A stretch of 64,000 nucleotides of DNA from Deinococcus sp. (GCA_965261005.1 OZ253375.1:1632001-1696000); one strand, 5' to 3'. Positions 45,353 through 56,750 are shown, counted from the first letter of the stretch. The notes: a model not told the origin generated them from the sequence alone. Numbers and translations are program-made.

Positions 45353-46829
45353 GTATTTGATTAGCGAGGTGGTAGGGAGAGAGAGTGTCTTGTAGGGTAA
45401 GCGGGATGAGCGGCGAGGCGACCCCCAGCGTGACCGAACTCCTGGAGTTGGTGCGTACCCTCACCGCTCGCATCGAACGCCTCGAAGCCGAAAATAGACA
45501 ACTGCACGAAGAAAACGCTCGGCTCAGGAAGCGGATCGAAGAGTTGGAGCGTCGCCAGAAGAAGCATGTCGCCCCCTTCAGCCGAGGCACCCCCAAGGCG
45601 AACCCTCAGCCGAGTGGACGCCGCGCGGGGCAGGGCGCGTTCACCTTCCGCGCGCCACCTGAGAACGAGGACATCACCCGTGTCGTGGATGTTCTCCTGC
45701 CCGCTCAGTGTCGGTGCGGTGGGGCGCTCGACGCGAGCCACACCGACCTCGCCACTGTCACGGACCTCCCGGAGCGCCGTCCCCAAGTGACGGCCTACCA
45801 CCTCGCCGTGGGGCAGTGTCGGCACTGTGGTCGCCGCGTGCGAGCGACGCACCCGGACGTGCGTGAGGATCAACGAGGGGCCACCGCCCACCGTCTGGGT
45901 CCGGAGGTGCTGAGCCTTGCTCACGCGCTGCACTATGATCTCGGTGTACCGGTTCGGAAAGTTCCTGAGGTGCTGCGCCTCACCAGCGGGCTGAGGGTGA
46001 CGCAGGGGGCGCTGACGCAAGACGCGTTGCGACAAAGCCAAGAGGGCAGCGCGCTGTCAGGCGAGTACCGGCAGTTGCGCGATGACGTGCAACGGCAGCC
46101 CTTGGTCCATCAGGACGACACGGGCTGGCGGGTGCACGGGGAACAAGCCTGGCTCCAGGTGTTCCGCACACCGGTCTCGGTGGTGTACCAAATTCGCGCG
46201 CGGCACACCCACGCCGAGGTGCAGGAGGTGGTGCCGCAGAACTACGCGGGCGTGTTGTGCGTGGACCGCTTTAGCAGCTACGACCACGCCAGCTTCAAAG
46301 ACGTAGCACAGCAGAAGTGCATTCACCATGTCATCCGCTCGTGTGAAGCGGCGCTAGAGGACCAGCACGGCAAGCGAGGACGGGGACGGGACTTTGCGCG
46401 GAGCTTGCTCGAAGACTTCCGGGCGGCTTTGATGTTGCACGCGCGCTTCCAACAGGGAGACTGCACGCTCGACAAGTACCGTCAGCGTGGAGAGGCGCTG
46501 CGTTTGAAGATCGAGAAGCGCCTGTTCGCCTCGTGTCGTTCACGAGAAAACAAACGGCTGGTGCGCGGCATCCGCAAGCATCACCAGCGGGAGAATCTGC
46601 TGCGCTTTCTGATGGACCCGAACGTACCGCCGACCAACAACGCGGCGGAGCGGGCACTTCGACCGGCGGTGATCGCGCGCAAGGTGTCGCAGTGCAGCAA
46701 GTCCTTCGGGGGCAGCGAGGCGTTCGCCATCTTCAAGTCCATTACGCAAACGGCCCGCCTCGCTGGACTCGATCCCTTCCAAACCCTGCTTGACCACCGA
46801 CAGCAACAAAACACCCGCTAATCACATAC
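45353..46829 (+). mobile_element. IS66-family element, compact single-ORF type, 1477 bp
   Basis: TIR GTATTTGATTAGCG / CGCTAATCACATAC; 8-bp TSD ATACAGGT at 45345-45352 and 46830-46837. Confidence 0.92.
45385..46821 (+). CDS. IS66 transposase
   Basis: N-terminal coiled coil, Cys zinc finger, HQDDTGW, VDR, PPTNNAAERALRPAVIARK. Confidence 0.93.
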   Translation: MSCRVSGMSGEATPSVTELLELVRTLTARIERLEAENRQLHEENARLRKRIEELERRQKKHVAPFSRGTPKANPQPSGRRAGQGAFTFRAPPENEDITRVVDVLLPAQCRCGGALDASHTDLATVTDLPERRPQVTAYHLAVGQCRHCGRRVRATHPDVREDQRGATAHRLGPEVLSLAHALHYDLGVPVRKVPEVLRLTSGLRVTQGALTQDALRQSQEGSALSGEYRQLRDDVQRQPLVHQDDTGWRVHGEQAWLQVFRTPVSVVYQIRARHTHAEVQEVVPQNYAGVLCVDRFSSYDHASFKDVAQQKCIHHVIRSCEAALEDQHGKRGRGRDFARSLLEDFRAALMLHARFQQGDCTLDKYRQRGEALRLKIEKRLFASCRSRENKRLVRGIRKHHQRENLLRFLMDPNVPPTNNAAERALRPAVIARKVSQCSKSFGGSEAFAIFKSITQTARLAGLDPFQTLLDHRQQQNTR

Positions 46830-47852
46830 ATACAGGTCTACTCACGGGCCGAGGATGCCGACTTCATCGCCTATCAGCAAGACGACGTCAATCCTTTAAT
46901 CCCTGCGGACAGTTGCACAAACTTATCTGCCAAAGCCTGCGGCACCATACAGATGGACACGCAGTCAGCAAGCCAACTCCTGCCCCTATCGAGACCAATT
47001 CTGAAGTGGGACAAGACGTACAGCAATCAGTACGACGGCCCGAAACAGATGTGTGCCTTCTGGGCCGGTTTGACCGTCCTCAACGTCAAGGCTGAATTCC
47101 GGAGCGACACCGTCACTCCGTTCTGGGTTAGGCACCAAGACGCGTTCGTCAGCCTAGACGGGCAGCCGCAGACTCCGTTTCTCACAACAGACCCCTACGA
47201 GGACTCGTTTGCGACGATGGTCTACCTCCACCGTTCCTGCAATTACTCAGCTGGCGCGCATGAGGTGAAGGCCGGATACAAGCTGGCGACGCGAAATCTG
47301 TTCTCCAAACCCCTGTCGATCAATAACTTCGACAACCGCTGGCCCGGCAAGACCTGGAACAGCACCGATCTCACCGCGCTGCTGCCCAACTGCCCGCCCA
47401 TCAGTATCACCGGCTCCTTGCGCGATCAAAGCGGTGAACAGACTATTCAGCAGTACCCCAGTCTCGCGCCTGGGGCGAGCGCCGACTTCTTTGCCCTGGC
47501 GAACGGGACACAGTCACACGCATACGACGCCTCATTCTCGTCGCTTGACCCCAAGCATCCCATTTCGCGCTACGGCTCCGTGGTGCCCGTCGCGCCACTA
47601 CCGTTCGATCAATATCCTTACACGTACCGGGGCACGGACGCCTTCTTCCACTTTCTGGTGACGTGGCAGGGGATGTGCAGTACGTCAAATAGTGTGAATG
47701 CTCAGGGGCTGAACACTACGTCGGCGGGACCCAGCGTTCAACTGTTCGCTCCGCCCGTTCTCCAAGGGCAGACTTCAGAAGACGTCAAACTCCGTTTGTC
47801 GCAGGAGCAACCTGCCAGTGTAAGCACAACGATCAATTTGCGCCGTCGCTAA
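46830..47852 (+). pseudogene. 3' part of the IS66-interrupted lipoprotein gene
   Basis: Removing the IS and one TSD restores the frame ...QYIQVYSRAEDADF...MDTQ... to TAA 47852. Confidence 0.85.
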
Positions 47853-47918
47853 GTTTTAGAGACAGTGCAATCATAATTATGATTGCACTGTCTCTACTCC
47901 GAGTCCGTAGAAGGCTAT

Positions 47919-48206
47919 ATGAAAGAATATAACAGATGGTTTAACATATATTCGTTTATGGGAATAGTATCAAGCCTAATTTATAATTATTTCTTCTTTC
48001 GTTATACATTATTCATTTTAGATGTAGGTAGAATCGACCCAATAACAAAGGCATATCTATTTGTAGCTTTAGGTGTTTTATCTATAATAATATCAACTAG
48101 GTTAAATTTAAATGCGGATATATATACTTTTACACTTAATTTTATTGGTTACTTTCTGGTCTTCAATTTTATTTTTATAATAGTAGCATCTTGGGCTACC
48201 GTTTAA
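47919..48206 (+). CDS. small, very AT-rich membrane protein (about 3 TM)
   Basis: MKEYNRWFNIYSF...; hydrophobic segments; base composition far below host GC. Confidence 0.55.
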   Translation: MKEYNRWFNIYSFMGIVSSLIYNYFFFRYTLFILDVGRIDPITKAYLFVALGVLSIIISTRLNLNADIYTFTLNFIGYFLVFNFIFIIVASWATV

Positions 48207-48246
48207 AATACCTCGTTTAAGGGTCGACAACGGCAGTGCGTCCAGC

Positions 48247-49408
48247 CTCAGTACCCGACAGGAAGGTCTAAAGGTCGTGTAGGCGAGGAAGAGACAGCAG
48301 TGCCGGGACAAACTGTGGTTGATGAGTACCCAGCCCCCCGGCACCACTGACGCTACCCTGCGCGCGCTCGTCGCGCAACACCTGCCCGGACGCCGCTCTG
48401 ACCAGCGCGCTCGTCTCGCCGATATGTTGCTCGCTACCGTCCACGCCCAGCACGTCACTCACCGCAAACTCGCCCAGCACTTGCCGGGTGACGCCCGACC
48501 CGAAAGCAAAGAACGTCGCGTCGCCCGCTTCTTCGCCGCAGAGACCTTCACTCAGCACGAGGCCGCCCAACTGATCCTGCCGCTGTTGGGGAGCGGCAAG
48601 TTGACGCTCGCGATGGACCGCACCAACTGGCGCTATGGGCAATATGATCACAACATCTTGGTGATTGGGGCGGTGTTTGCTGGCTACGCTCTCCCCTTGG
48701 TGTGGGACGTGCTGGACCATGGCGGTGCCAGTTCGACCGCTGCCAGAATCGCGCTGCTCGACCGGCTGCTGAGCGTCATTCCCGCACAGCGCATTGCGGT
48801 GCTGCTGGCCGACCGTGAGTTCGTGGGCAAAGACTGGTTCGCGGCCCTGGAACAACGACGGCTCAAGCGCTGCATCCGCATTCGTGAGGACACCCTGCTC
48901 GATGACATCGCGGTTCGAGACGCCTTTGCACACCTGACGCCCGGCGAGGTGCGCGGCCTGCTCGACAAAGAGGTGGTCTACGGCGCTGAGATGCAGGTGG
49001 TTGCCACGCTGTCTAGCGAGGGCGAGCGGGTGGTGATCGCCTCGGACCTCTCGCTGTTCGACACCTGTGAGCGCTACCGGTCGCGCTGGTCCATCGAATG
49101 CACCTTCGGCGCCTACAAGCTGCGCAGCCTCAATCTGGAGGCGACCCACATGACCGACCCCGCCCGCATTGAAACGCTGGTTGGACTGCTCACCGTCGCC
49201 TTTGTCTGGGCATTGTTGGTCGGTCTGGTGCGGGAACAGGAGGCGCCCGTACGGCTCAAAACGCACGGGCGCAAAGCCAAGAGCACCTTCCTGACCGGCC
49301 TCGATCTGCTTGTGGACGCCCTCAAGTGGAATCTTGAGCGCGCCAGGTCCTGTCTGGCCCTGCTCTTCCCGGTCCTTGCTCCGCCTCAGCAACCTGTCGG
49401 GTACTGAG
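48247..49408 (+). mobile_element. IS4-family element, 1162 bp, intact
   Basis: Perfect 16-bp TIR CTCAGTACCCGACAGG / CCTGTCGGGTACTGAG; 9-bp TSD GCGTCCAGC at 48238-48246 and 49409-49417. Confidence 0.93.
48319..49407 (+). CDS. IS4-family DDE transposase
   Basis: MDRTNW, ADREF, YRSRWSIECTFGAYK (YREK-like signature). Confidence 0.93.
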   Translation: MMSTQPPGTTDATLRALVAQHLPGRRSDQRARLADMLLATVHAQHVTHRKLAQHLPGDARPESKERRVARFFAAETFTQHEAAQLILPLLGSGKLTLAMDRTNWRYGQYDHNILVIGAVFAGYALPLVWDVLDHGGASSTAARIALLDRLLSVIPAQRIAVLLADREFVGKDWFAALEQRRLKRCIRIREDTLLDDIAVRDAFAHLTPGEVRGLLDKEVVYGAEMQVVATLSSEGERVVIASDLSLFDTCERYRSRWSIECTFGAYKLRSLNLEATHMTDPARIETLVGLLTVAFVWALLVGLVREQEAPVRLKTHGRKAKSTFLTGLDLLVDALKWNLERARSCLALLFPVLAPPQQPVGY

Positions 49409-49447
49409 GCGTCCAGCACGTCAGTATCTGGATGGTCCTTGGATCAG

Positions 49448-49986
49448 GGTAGTGGCTGTTCTAGCGTGATACATTAAGTGGATGGAGTTGAGTTGTCCGC
49501 ACTGTGGAAGCGAGCGGGTGGTGAGGAACGGGAAGAGCGCCGCAGGCGAGCAGACGTACTTGTGTAAAGCGTGTGGCCGCCGTTTTCGTCCCGGTGCTGT
49601 TCCGGTGGCGCACAGCGAAGAGGTCAGGCAGCAGGTGTTCACGGCGCTTGCCGAGCGTTCGAGTATCCGAGGCGTCGAGCGGCAGTTCGGCATCCACCGC
49701 AACACGGTCATCCGCTGGCTTAAAAAAAAGCCGAGCAGCTGAGCACCATTGCGCCTGTTCCCGAAGGGCTGGCTCCTGAGGAACTGGTGATCGAGCTGGA
49801 CGAGGTGTGGAGTTTTGTTGGGAGCAAGCAGCAGCCGGTGTGGTTGTGGTTCGCGTTGGAACGCACGACGCGCCGGATTCTGGGCTGGGTTGTCGGAGAT
49901 CGCAGCCAGGAGACGGCCTTCAAGCTGTGGGACGCCTTGCCACTGACGTACGAACAGCGGCTGAAGGCGACCTTCTGTACCGACTT
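49448..49986 (+). mobile_element. truncated IS1-family element (insA + 5' insB, programmed -1 frameshift)
   Basis: Left end GGTAGTGGCTG; InsA 49482-49742 (CPHC...CKAC zinc finger + HTH); A8 run 49722-49729; -1 frame [12 protein letters not shown]...TFCTD; no right IR seen. Confidence 0.85.
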
Positions 49987-50005
49987 ATTTTTTCGAGTAC
50001 AGTTT

Positions 50006-50392
50006 GTGTATGACGACTTGTATGACACGGCGGGCAGTGTCGAGCCGTGTGAGGAGCCTGCCGAGAGCGGCCTGCGCTGGGGCCTGGATTGGGACGAGGG
50101 CAACCGGAAGCACTTCAGGGAGACGGCACGCTTGACCCCTGGGCAGGTCGAGACCGGGATAGAAGGCGGCTACGTCTTTTTGGAAGCCGACCTGGAACAC
50201 GACTGCCGCTACCGCTATCTCTTCCAGCCCGAGCCACCGCTGACTGCCGTGCAGTTCGTCGAAACGCCGGTGTTCCGGCTGATTATTGACACCAGCAGGG
50301 GCACCTTCCGGCCCGTCACCGCCTTCAGAGAGACCAACGCGCGCCACCAACAGCTTTACCTCGATCACAAGCGAAGGGGGGAATTGGAATGA
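50006..50392 (+). CDS. putative BrnT/RelE-fold toxin (start uncertain; in frame with insB remnant)
   Basis: [11 protein letters not shown]-terminal and FRPVTAF C-terminal motifs resemble BrnT-like toxins; ATGA overlap with RHH gene. Confidence 0.6.
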   Translation: MYDDLYDTAGSVEPCEEPAESGLRWGLDWDEGNRKHFRETARLTPGQVETGIEGGYVFLEADLEHDCRYRYLFQPEPPLTAVQFVETPVFRLIIDTSRGTFRPVTAFRETNARHQQLYLDHKRRGELE

Positions 50393-50781
50393 CCAGACGT
50401 ACCAAACAAGAAGCCGTGCCCGTCGAACTGGTGTCGGTGCGGCTCCACAAACCCACCCTCGACCGCCTCGACAGCGTCGCCGAGCGTACCCACGGCAACC
50501 GGACGGACGTGATTCGGCGCGCCCTGGCGACCTACTTCCGCCTGGGGTCGGCCATTCTGGTGCCCGTCTCACCGCAGACGCGCCGCCGCTTGGTGGACCT
50601 CGCCGATAAGAAGCAGATCGCCGCCGAGGCATTGGCCGAGAAACTTTTTGATTCTGCGGTGGAAAGTGCTTTTCAGTCTGAGGTGGAGGTTTTTAGAACG
50701 AGTTTCTCCCAGCGAATTGACCGATCAAACGAGTACTCGCCAATGAAGGTCAGCAGGCAAGATATCCGTTATGCAAAATGA
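50389..50781 (+). CDS. ribbon-helix-helix (CopG-like) protein, putative antitoxin with C-terminal tail
   Basis: [35 protein letters not shown]; second RHH-like segment; polar tail ending DIRYAK. Confidence 0.72.
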   Translation: MTRRTKQEAVPVELVSVRLHKPTLDRLDSVAERTHGNRTDVIRRALATYFRLGSAILVPVSPQTRRRLVDLADKKQIAAEALAEKLFDSAVESAFQSEVEVFRTSFSQRIDRSNEYSPMKVSRQDIRYAK

Positions 50782-51160
50782 GGCCCCTTGGTCACTTCAA
50801 AACATTCTCCTTCCTGTTGCCTCTTGGAACCTGGAGGACTTGGGAGAGGGGGAGGTCCAAGCGTCACTTGACATAGAGATATCGAACCACGAGCGACAAC
50901 CAGGGGTGGTTGCCTTCGAGTGTTCAGTCTCGATAAGGTTGCACGAGGCGGAAAGCGAAGACAGCAGAGGTCAGATACAACTGAAGGTAGATATAATCAC
51001 AGCCTTGACCGGGTTCTCGTTTCGACAACTCCAGGAAGCCCCCGACTTGGACAGGCGTTTCAAGGACTATGTGGTGCAAGTGTTGATCGGGTATGCTCGC
51101 GCCGTCGTACTGCGCATTGGGCAGGACGCTGGTTTGCGAAGCCCTTTGCTTTTGCCGTAA
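50771..51160 (+). CDS. putative SecB-like chaperone
   Basis: 129 aa, acidic, alternating beta-strand pattern, then LIGYARAVVLRIGQDAGLRSPLLLP, matching the SecB pattern L.PY.R..I......G..PL.LP. Confidence 0.65.
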   Translation: MQNEAPWSLQNILLPVASWNLEDLGEGEVQASLDIEISNHERQPGVVAFECSVSIRLHEAESEDSRGQIQLKVDIITALTGFSFRQLQEAPDLDRRFKDYVVQVLIGYARAVVLRIGQDAGLRSPLLLP

Positions 51161-51177
51161 GCACGTTTGACGACCAT

Positions 51178-51218
51178 AAAAAGAGCGCTGCTTGGATCGC
51201 GACAAACCCAAGCAGCGC
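51178..51218 (-). terminator. terminator of the V/A-ATPase operon
   Basis: 11-bp stem GCGCTGCTTGG/CCAAGCAGCGC with minus-strand UCUUUUU. Confidence 0.75.
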
Positions 51219-51240
51219 CGAACACCACAGTATTTTTCGC

Positions 51241-51909
51241 TCAGTCCGCCGCCCCGGCCATGCTGCCCGCCTGGACGTTCTCCTTTTCGGCGTCGGCTTC
51301 CAGCTTGGCCTTGATCTTCTTGAGGCGGAAGCTCTCCTCGCGCTCGCGCTGATCGAGCACGCCGCGAATGAAGCGGATGTCGTCCTGAATGCCGGGCACC
51401 ACCACCTGCTCCAGCGCGTTCACCCGCCGCGAGGTCTTCTTGATCTCCTCGCCGATGCGCCGCAGCTTGGTCTCGGTGGCCGCCACCTTGATGAGGGCCT
51501 GCATGACGGTCTGAAAGTCGGTCGCGGCCTGAATGGTGCGCGCCCCGACCGTGATGGGGGAAAAGTTGGCGGCCGTCCCGGTTTCGGGCAGCTCGATGCG
51601 CGGCACCTTGACGCCGTAGACGCTCTCGATCTGCATGTTAACGGTCAGCTCGCCGCTTTGGGCCAGGCTCAGGCTCTCGACGGCCTCGGGGCTGTCCCAG
51701 GCTTTGGCGCCGAACAGCGAGGTATAGGCGCCCTTGGAGACGCCCGACAGCTCCTCGCGGGCCGCGAGGGCGTCCTTGACCAGGGCGAAGAACTCGCCGA
51801 TCAGGGCGTCGCGCTTGCGCTTCAACAGCTCCGCGCCGTTGGTCGCCAGCTTGAGCTGCGCCTTGGAGCCGAGAAGGGCGGTACGGGTGGGGCTGATCTG
51901 TCCGGCCAT
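51241..51909 (-). CDS. atpD: V/A-type ATP synthase subunit D
   Basis: SPTR, LLKRKRDAL, RRVNALE, EREE. Confidence 0.96.
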   Translation of the reverse strand: MAGQISPTRTALLGSKAQLKLATNGAELLKRKRDALIGEFFALVKDALAAREELSGVSKGAYTSLFGAKAWDSPEAVESLSLAQSGELTVNMQIESVYGVKVPRIELPETGTAANFSPITVGARTIQAATDFQTVMQALIKVAATETKLRRIGEEIKKTSRRVNALEQVVVPGIQDDIRFIRGVLDQREREESFRLKKIKAKLEADAEKENVQAGSMAGAAD

Positions 51910-51945
51910 CTGTTACCTCCGGCGGGAATAAAGACTATCTGCTGT

Positions 51946-51987
51946 GCTCCCCTCTCCCCTTGCGGGAGAGGGGCCGGGGGTGAGGGG
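51946..51987. repeat. REP-like palindromic element, copy 2
   Basis: GCTCCCCTCTCCCCTTGCGGGAGAGGGGCCGGGGGTGAGGGG. Confidence 0.85.
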
Positions 51988-51995
51988 GGTCTCCC

Positions 51996-53410
51996 TCAAA
52001 TCCCCGCGCTTCGCCCGCCGCGCCACATGTCGTCCAGCTTCTCGCCGTAAAACTTGTCAATCGAGTCTTTGCTCAGGCGGGTGAGCTGGCTTTGCGGCAG
52101 CTTGGAGAGGATGCCCCAAGCGACCGTCAGGCTGTCATCGATGGAGCGGTCCTGGTTGCCTTGCCCGATGAAGTAGGTCTCGAAGTCGTCGGCGAAGCGC
52201 AGGTAGAGCTTGTCGGTCTCGGTCAGGGCGTCCTCGCCGGTGATGGCGACCAGCTTGCGCAAATCGAGGCCGTTGGCGTAGGCGGCGAACAGCTGGTCCG
52301 AGACGTTCTTGTGGTCGGCGCGGGTCTTGCCCTTGCCGATGCCGTTGCCTTGTAGCCGCGAGAGGCTGGGCAGCGGGTTGATGGGGGGATAGATACCCTT
52401 AGCGTTCAGCCCCCGGTCCACCACGATCTGGCCCTCGGTGATGTAGCCGGTGAGGTCGGGAATCGGGTGGGTGATGTCGTCGTCGGGCATGGAGAGAATC
52501 GGCAGCTGCGTGACCGAGCCGGGCTTGCCCTCGATCACGCCGGCGCGCTCGTAGAGGGAGGCCAGGTCGGTGTACATGTAGCCGGGAAAGCCGCGCCGCC
52601 CCGGAATCTCCTCGCGGGCGCCGCCGATCTCGCGCAGCGCCTCGCAGTAGTTGGTCAGGTCGGTCAGGATCACCAGGACGTGGTAGCCCTGCTCGAAGGC
52701 CAGGTACTCGGCGGTCGTGAGGGCCATGCGCGGCGTCAGCAGCCGCTCGACGGCCGGGTCGTCCGCCTTGTTGAGGAACAGCACGCTTCTTGCCAGGGCG
52801 CCGGTGCGCTCGAACTCCTGGGTGAAGAAGCTGACCTCGCGCTGGGTCAGGCCCATCGCCGCGAACACGACCGCGAAGTCGCCCTCGTGGCCCGGTACCT
52901 TGGCCTGACGGGCGATCTGGGCGGCCAGCTCGTTGTGCGGCAAACCCGATCCCGAGAAGATCGGCAGCTTTTGGCCGCGGATGAGCGAGGTGTTCACGTC
53001 AATGGTGGAGATGCCGGTCTGGATGAACTCCTCGGGCTTGGCGCGGGCGGCCGGGTTCATGGCCTGGCCGTTGATGGAGACGCGCTTCTCGGCGATCACG
53101 GCGGGCAGGCCGTCAATGGGGCGCCCCAGGCCGTCGAAGCGCCGCCCGATCATGTCCCTGGAGACGCCCAGACGGGCCACGTCCTCGACGAGGGAGATGC
53201 TGGCCGTAGCCAAATCCAGGCCGCGGGTGTCCTCGAAGATCTGTACGACGGCGTGCTCGTTGGAAACCTCGATCACCTGGCCGCCGCGCACCCGCCCGGC
53301 CCCGTCGCGGATGTCCACGATGGCGCCGTAGGCGAGGTCCGCCGCCGCGTTCACGAACAGCAGCGGGCCGGAGATGTAGGCGACGTCGTTGTATTCCTTT
53401 TTGAGAAGGG

Positions 53411-53414
<4 letters not shown>
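51996..53414 (-). CDS. atpB: V/A-type ATP synthase subunit B
   Basis: [45 protein letters not shown]. Confidence 0.97.
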
Positions 53415-55207
<1,793 letters not shown>

Positions 55208-55309
55208 GAAGTCTCCTAGAAAAAGCGCCCGGCCGTCAGCCATGAGAGGGCGGGGCGGGGGCGGGCTAGAAATCTGCACTGAAAGCTGAACTGCTGGACG
55301 CTGATCAGC

Positions 55310-55672
55310 TTATAGCTTGATGTCGAAGCCGATGGTGTCGCGCACCAACTTGCCCATGTAGGCCTTCGCGTCCACCGTCTCGCTCGAAAAGGCGTCCCGC
55401 AGGCTCGGCACCGGCAGGATGATGGGCAAATCGCGCCCGCGCATGGCGCGCTCGACCGCCGCGTTCGGGTCGGGGAGCAGGCCGGTGTCCACCGCGACCA
55501 AGCCGTAGCGGCCCGAGGTGACCAGCGCCTCCAGCTCCTGCGCGGCGCTTTCCGGGGTGGCGACGATCACCTCCACGCCGGCCAGGCGGTAGCCGGTGGC
55601 GGTCTCCGAGTCGGCCAGCACGGCGACACGCTGAGTATTCCCTGATTGGGTATTTCCGCTCGGTGTGGTCAT
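55310..55672 (-). CDS. atpF: V/A-type ATP synthase subunit F
   Basis: VAVLADSETATGYRLAG, VRDTIGFDI. Confidence 0.93.
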   Translation of the reverse strand: MTTPSGNTQSGNTQRVAVLADSETATGYRLAGVEVIVATPESAAQELEALVTSGRYGLVAVDTGLLPDPNAAVERAMRGRDLPIILPVPSLRDAFSSETVDAKAYMGKLVRDTIGFDIKL

Positions 55673-56655
55673 TCCGAGATCACCTCCCGCCGCAACTGAT
55701 CCGCCGGCAGGCCGTAGAACTTGCCGCGCCCGATCAGGCGCACCTGGGCGATCTCGATCTCCTTGCGGCGCAGAAAATCTATGGCGACGCCCACGCCCAG
55801 GGGATCGCCCATTGAGACGTCGCGGGCAGCCCCGTCGAGTAAGCGCCGTGCGGCAACCTCGGCCTCCTCCAGGGTAGATGCGTCCACAATGGGGCCGAGG
55901 TCGCCGGCCGCCCCGGTGTCGCCGCTCGTGAGGCGCGCGAAGCCGGCGGCGTCAATGGTGCGCCCGCCGGGCACGAACACGTCGGTGCCGGCAGACGCCT
56001 CGCCGCGCAGGGTGCGGGCCGTCAGGGCGTTGTTCACGTCAATTTCGCGCGACAGGTAGCGCCGCAGGGCGGTGCCGCGCGCCACCCGCAACGCTTGGCG
56101 GTAATACCCCTGGTCGAGGGCCACCTCCAAGTCGAGCAGGCGGCCCGACTGGGTGTAGGCCGCCACGCCGTCGCGAAAAGCCCCCGCCAGCGGGTGCCCG
56201 CTGAGGGTGATGGCCTGCGCCGCGCTGCCCAAGTCGCCGCCGTTCGCCGCCGCCGCGAGGGCGGCCGGCTTGAGGGTGCCGCCGGGAATCAAGCTGGCCT
56301 GAATGCCCTCGGAGGGGCGACCGGCGGTGATGCCGCGCGCCAAGGTCTTGAGGTTGGTGAGGTCCCACTTCTCCAGCAGGACGCCGATCTCGTTTCTGGC
56401 CTCGCCGTCGGCCAGACGCACCACCTTGTTGGCGGCGCCGAAGAAGTTGCGCGACAAGGCCGCGTCCAGTTCGGGCAAACCCGCCCCCTGTGCGGTGGCG
56501 TCGCCGAGGTCGGCCGACAGGTCGCTTTCGCTGAGGACGCGCAGAAACTCTTGGTAACTCTGCGCCTCTAGGGCGGCCCCCAACTGGCGGCCGTCCAGCA
56601 GTTGATTGCGCATCACCTTGATGCGCGCGTTGATGTAGCCGTAGTCGTCGGGCAA
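55669..56655 (-). CDS. atpC: V/A-type ATP synthase subunit C
   Basis: DDYGYINARI, WDLTNLK, VRLIGRGK; operon position. Confidence 0.92.
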   Translation of the reverse strand: MPDDYGYINARIKVMRNQLLDGRQLGAALEAQSYQEFLRVLSESDLSADLGDATAQGAGLPELDAALSRNFFGAANKVVRLADGEARNEIGVLLEKWDLTNLKTLARGITAGRPSEGIQASLIPGGTLKPAALAAAANGGDLGSAAQAITLSGHPLAGAFRDGVAAYTQSGRLLDLEVALDQGYYRQALRVARGTALRRYLSREIDVNNALTARTLRGEASAGTDVFVPGGRTIDAAGFARLTSGDTGAAGDLGPIVDASTLEEAEVAARRLLDGAARDVSMGDPLGVGVAIDFLRRKEIEIAQVRLIGRGKFYGLPADQLRREVISE

Positions 56656-56678
56656 GGGTCTCTCCCTACTGAATCTTT

Positions 56679-56721
56679 GCTCCCCTCTCCCCTTGCGGGA
56701 AAGGGGCCGGGGGTGAGGGGT
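56679..56721. repeat. REP-like palindromic element, copy 3
   Basis: GCTCCCCTCTCCCCTTGCGGGAAAGGGGCCGGGGGTGAGGGG. Confidence 0.85.
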
Positions 56722-56750
56722 TCCTCACCAGCCCACCTACTCTGGCTCAC

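Noticed and set aside
46953..47852. Independent 299-aa gene
   Set aside because: In-frame continuation of the 42588 gene once the IS66 is removed
49787..50392. Single 201-aa IS1 transposase
   Set aside because: Only the first ~65 aa are InsB-like; the rest is an unrelated toxin-like sequence
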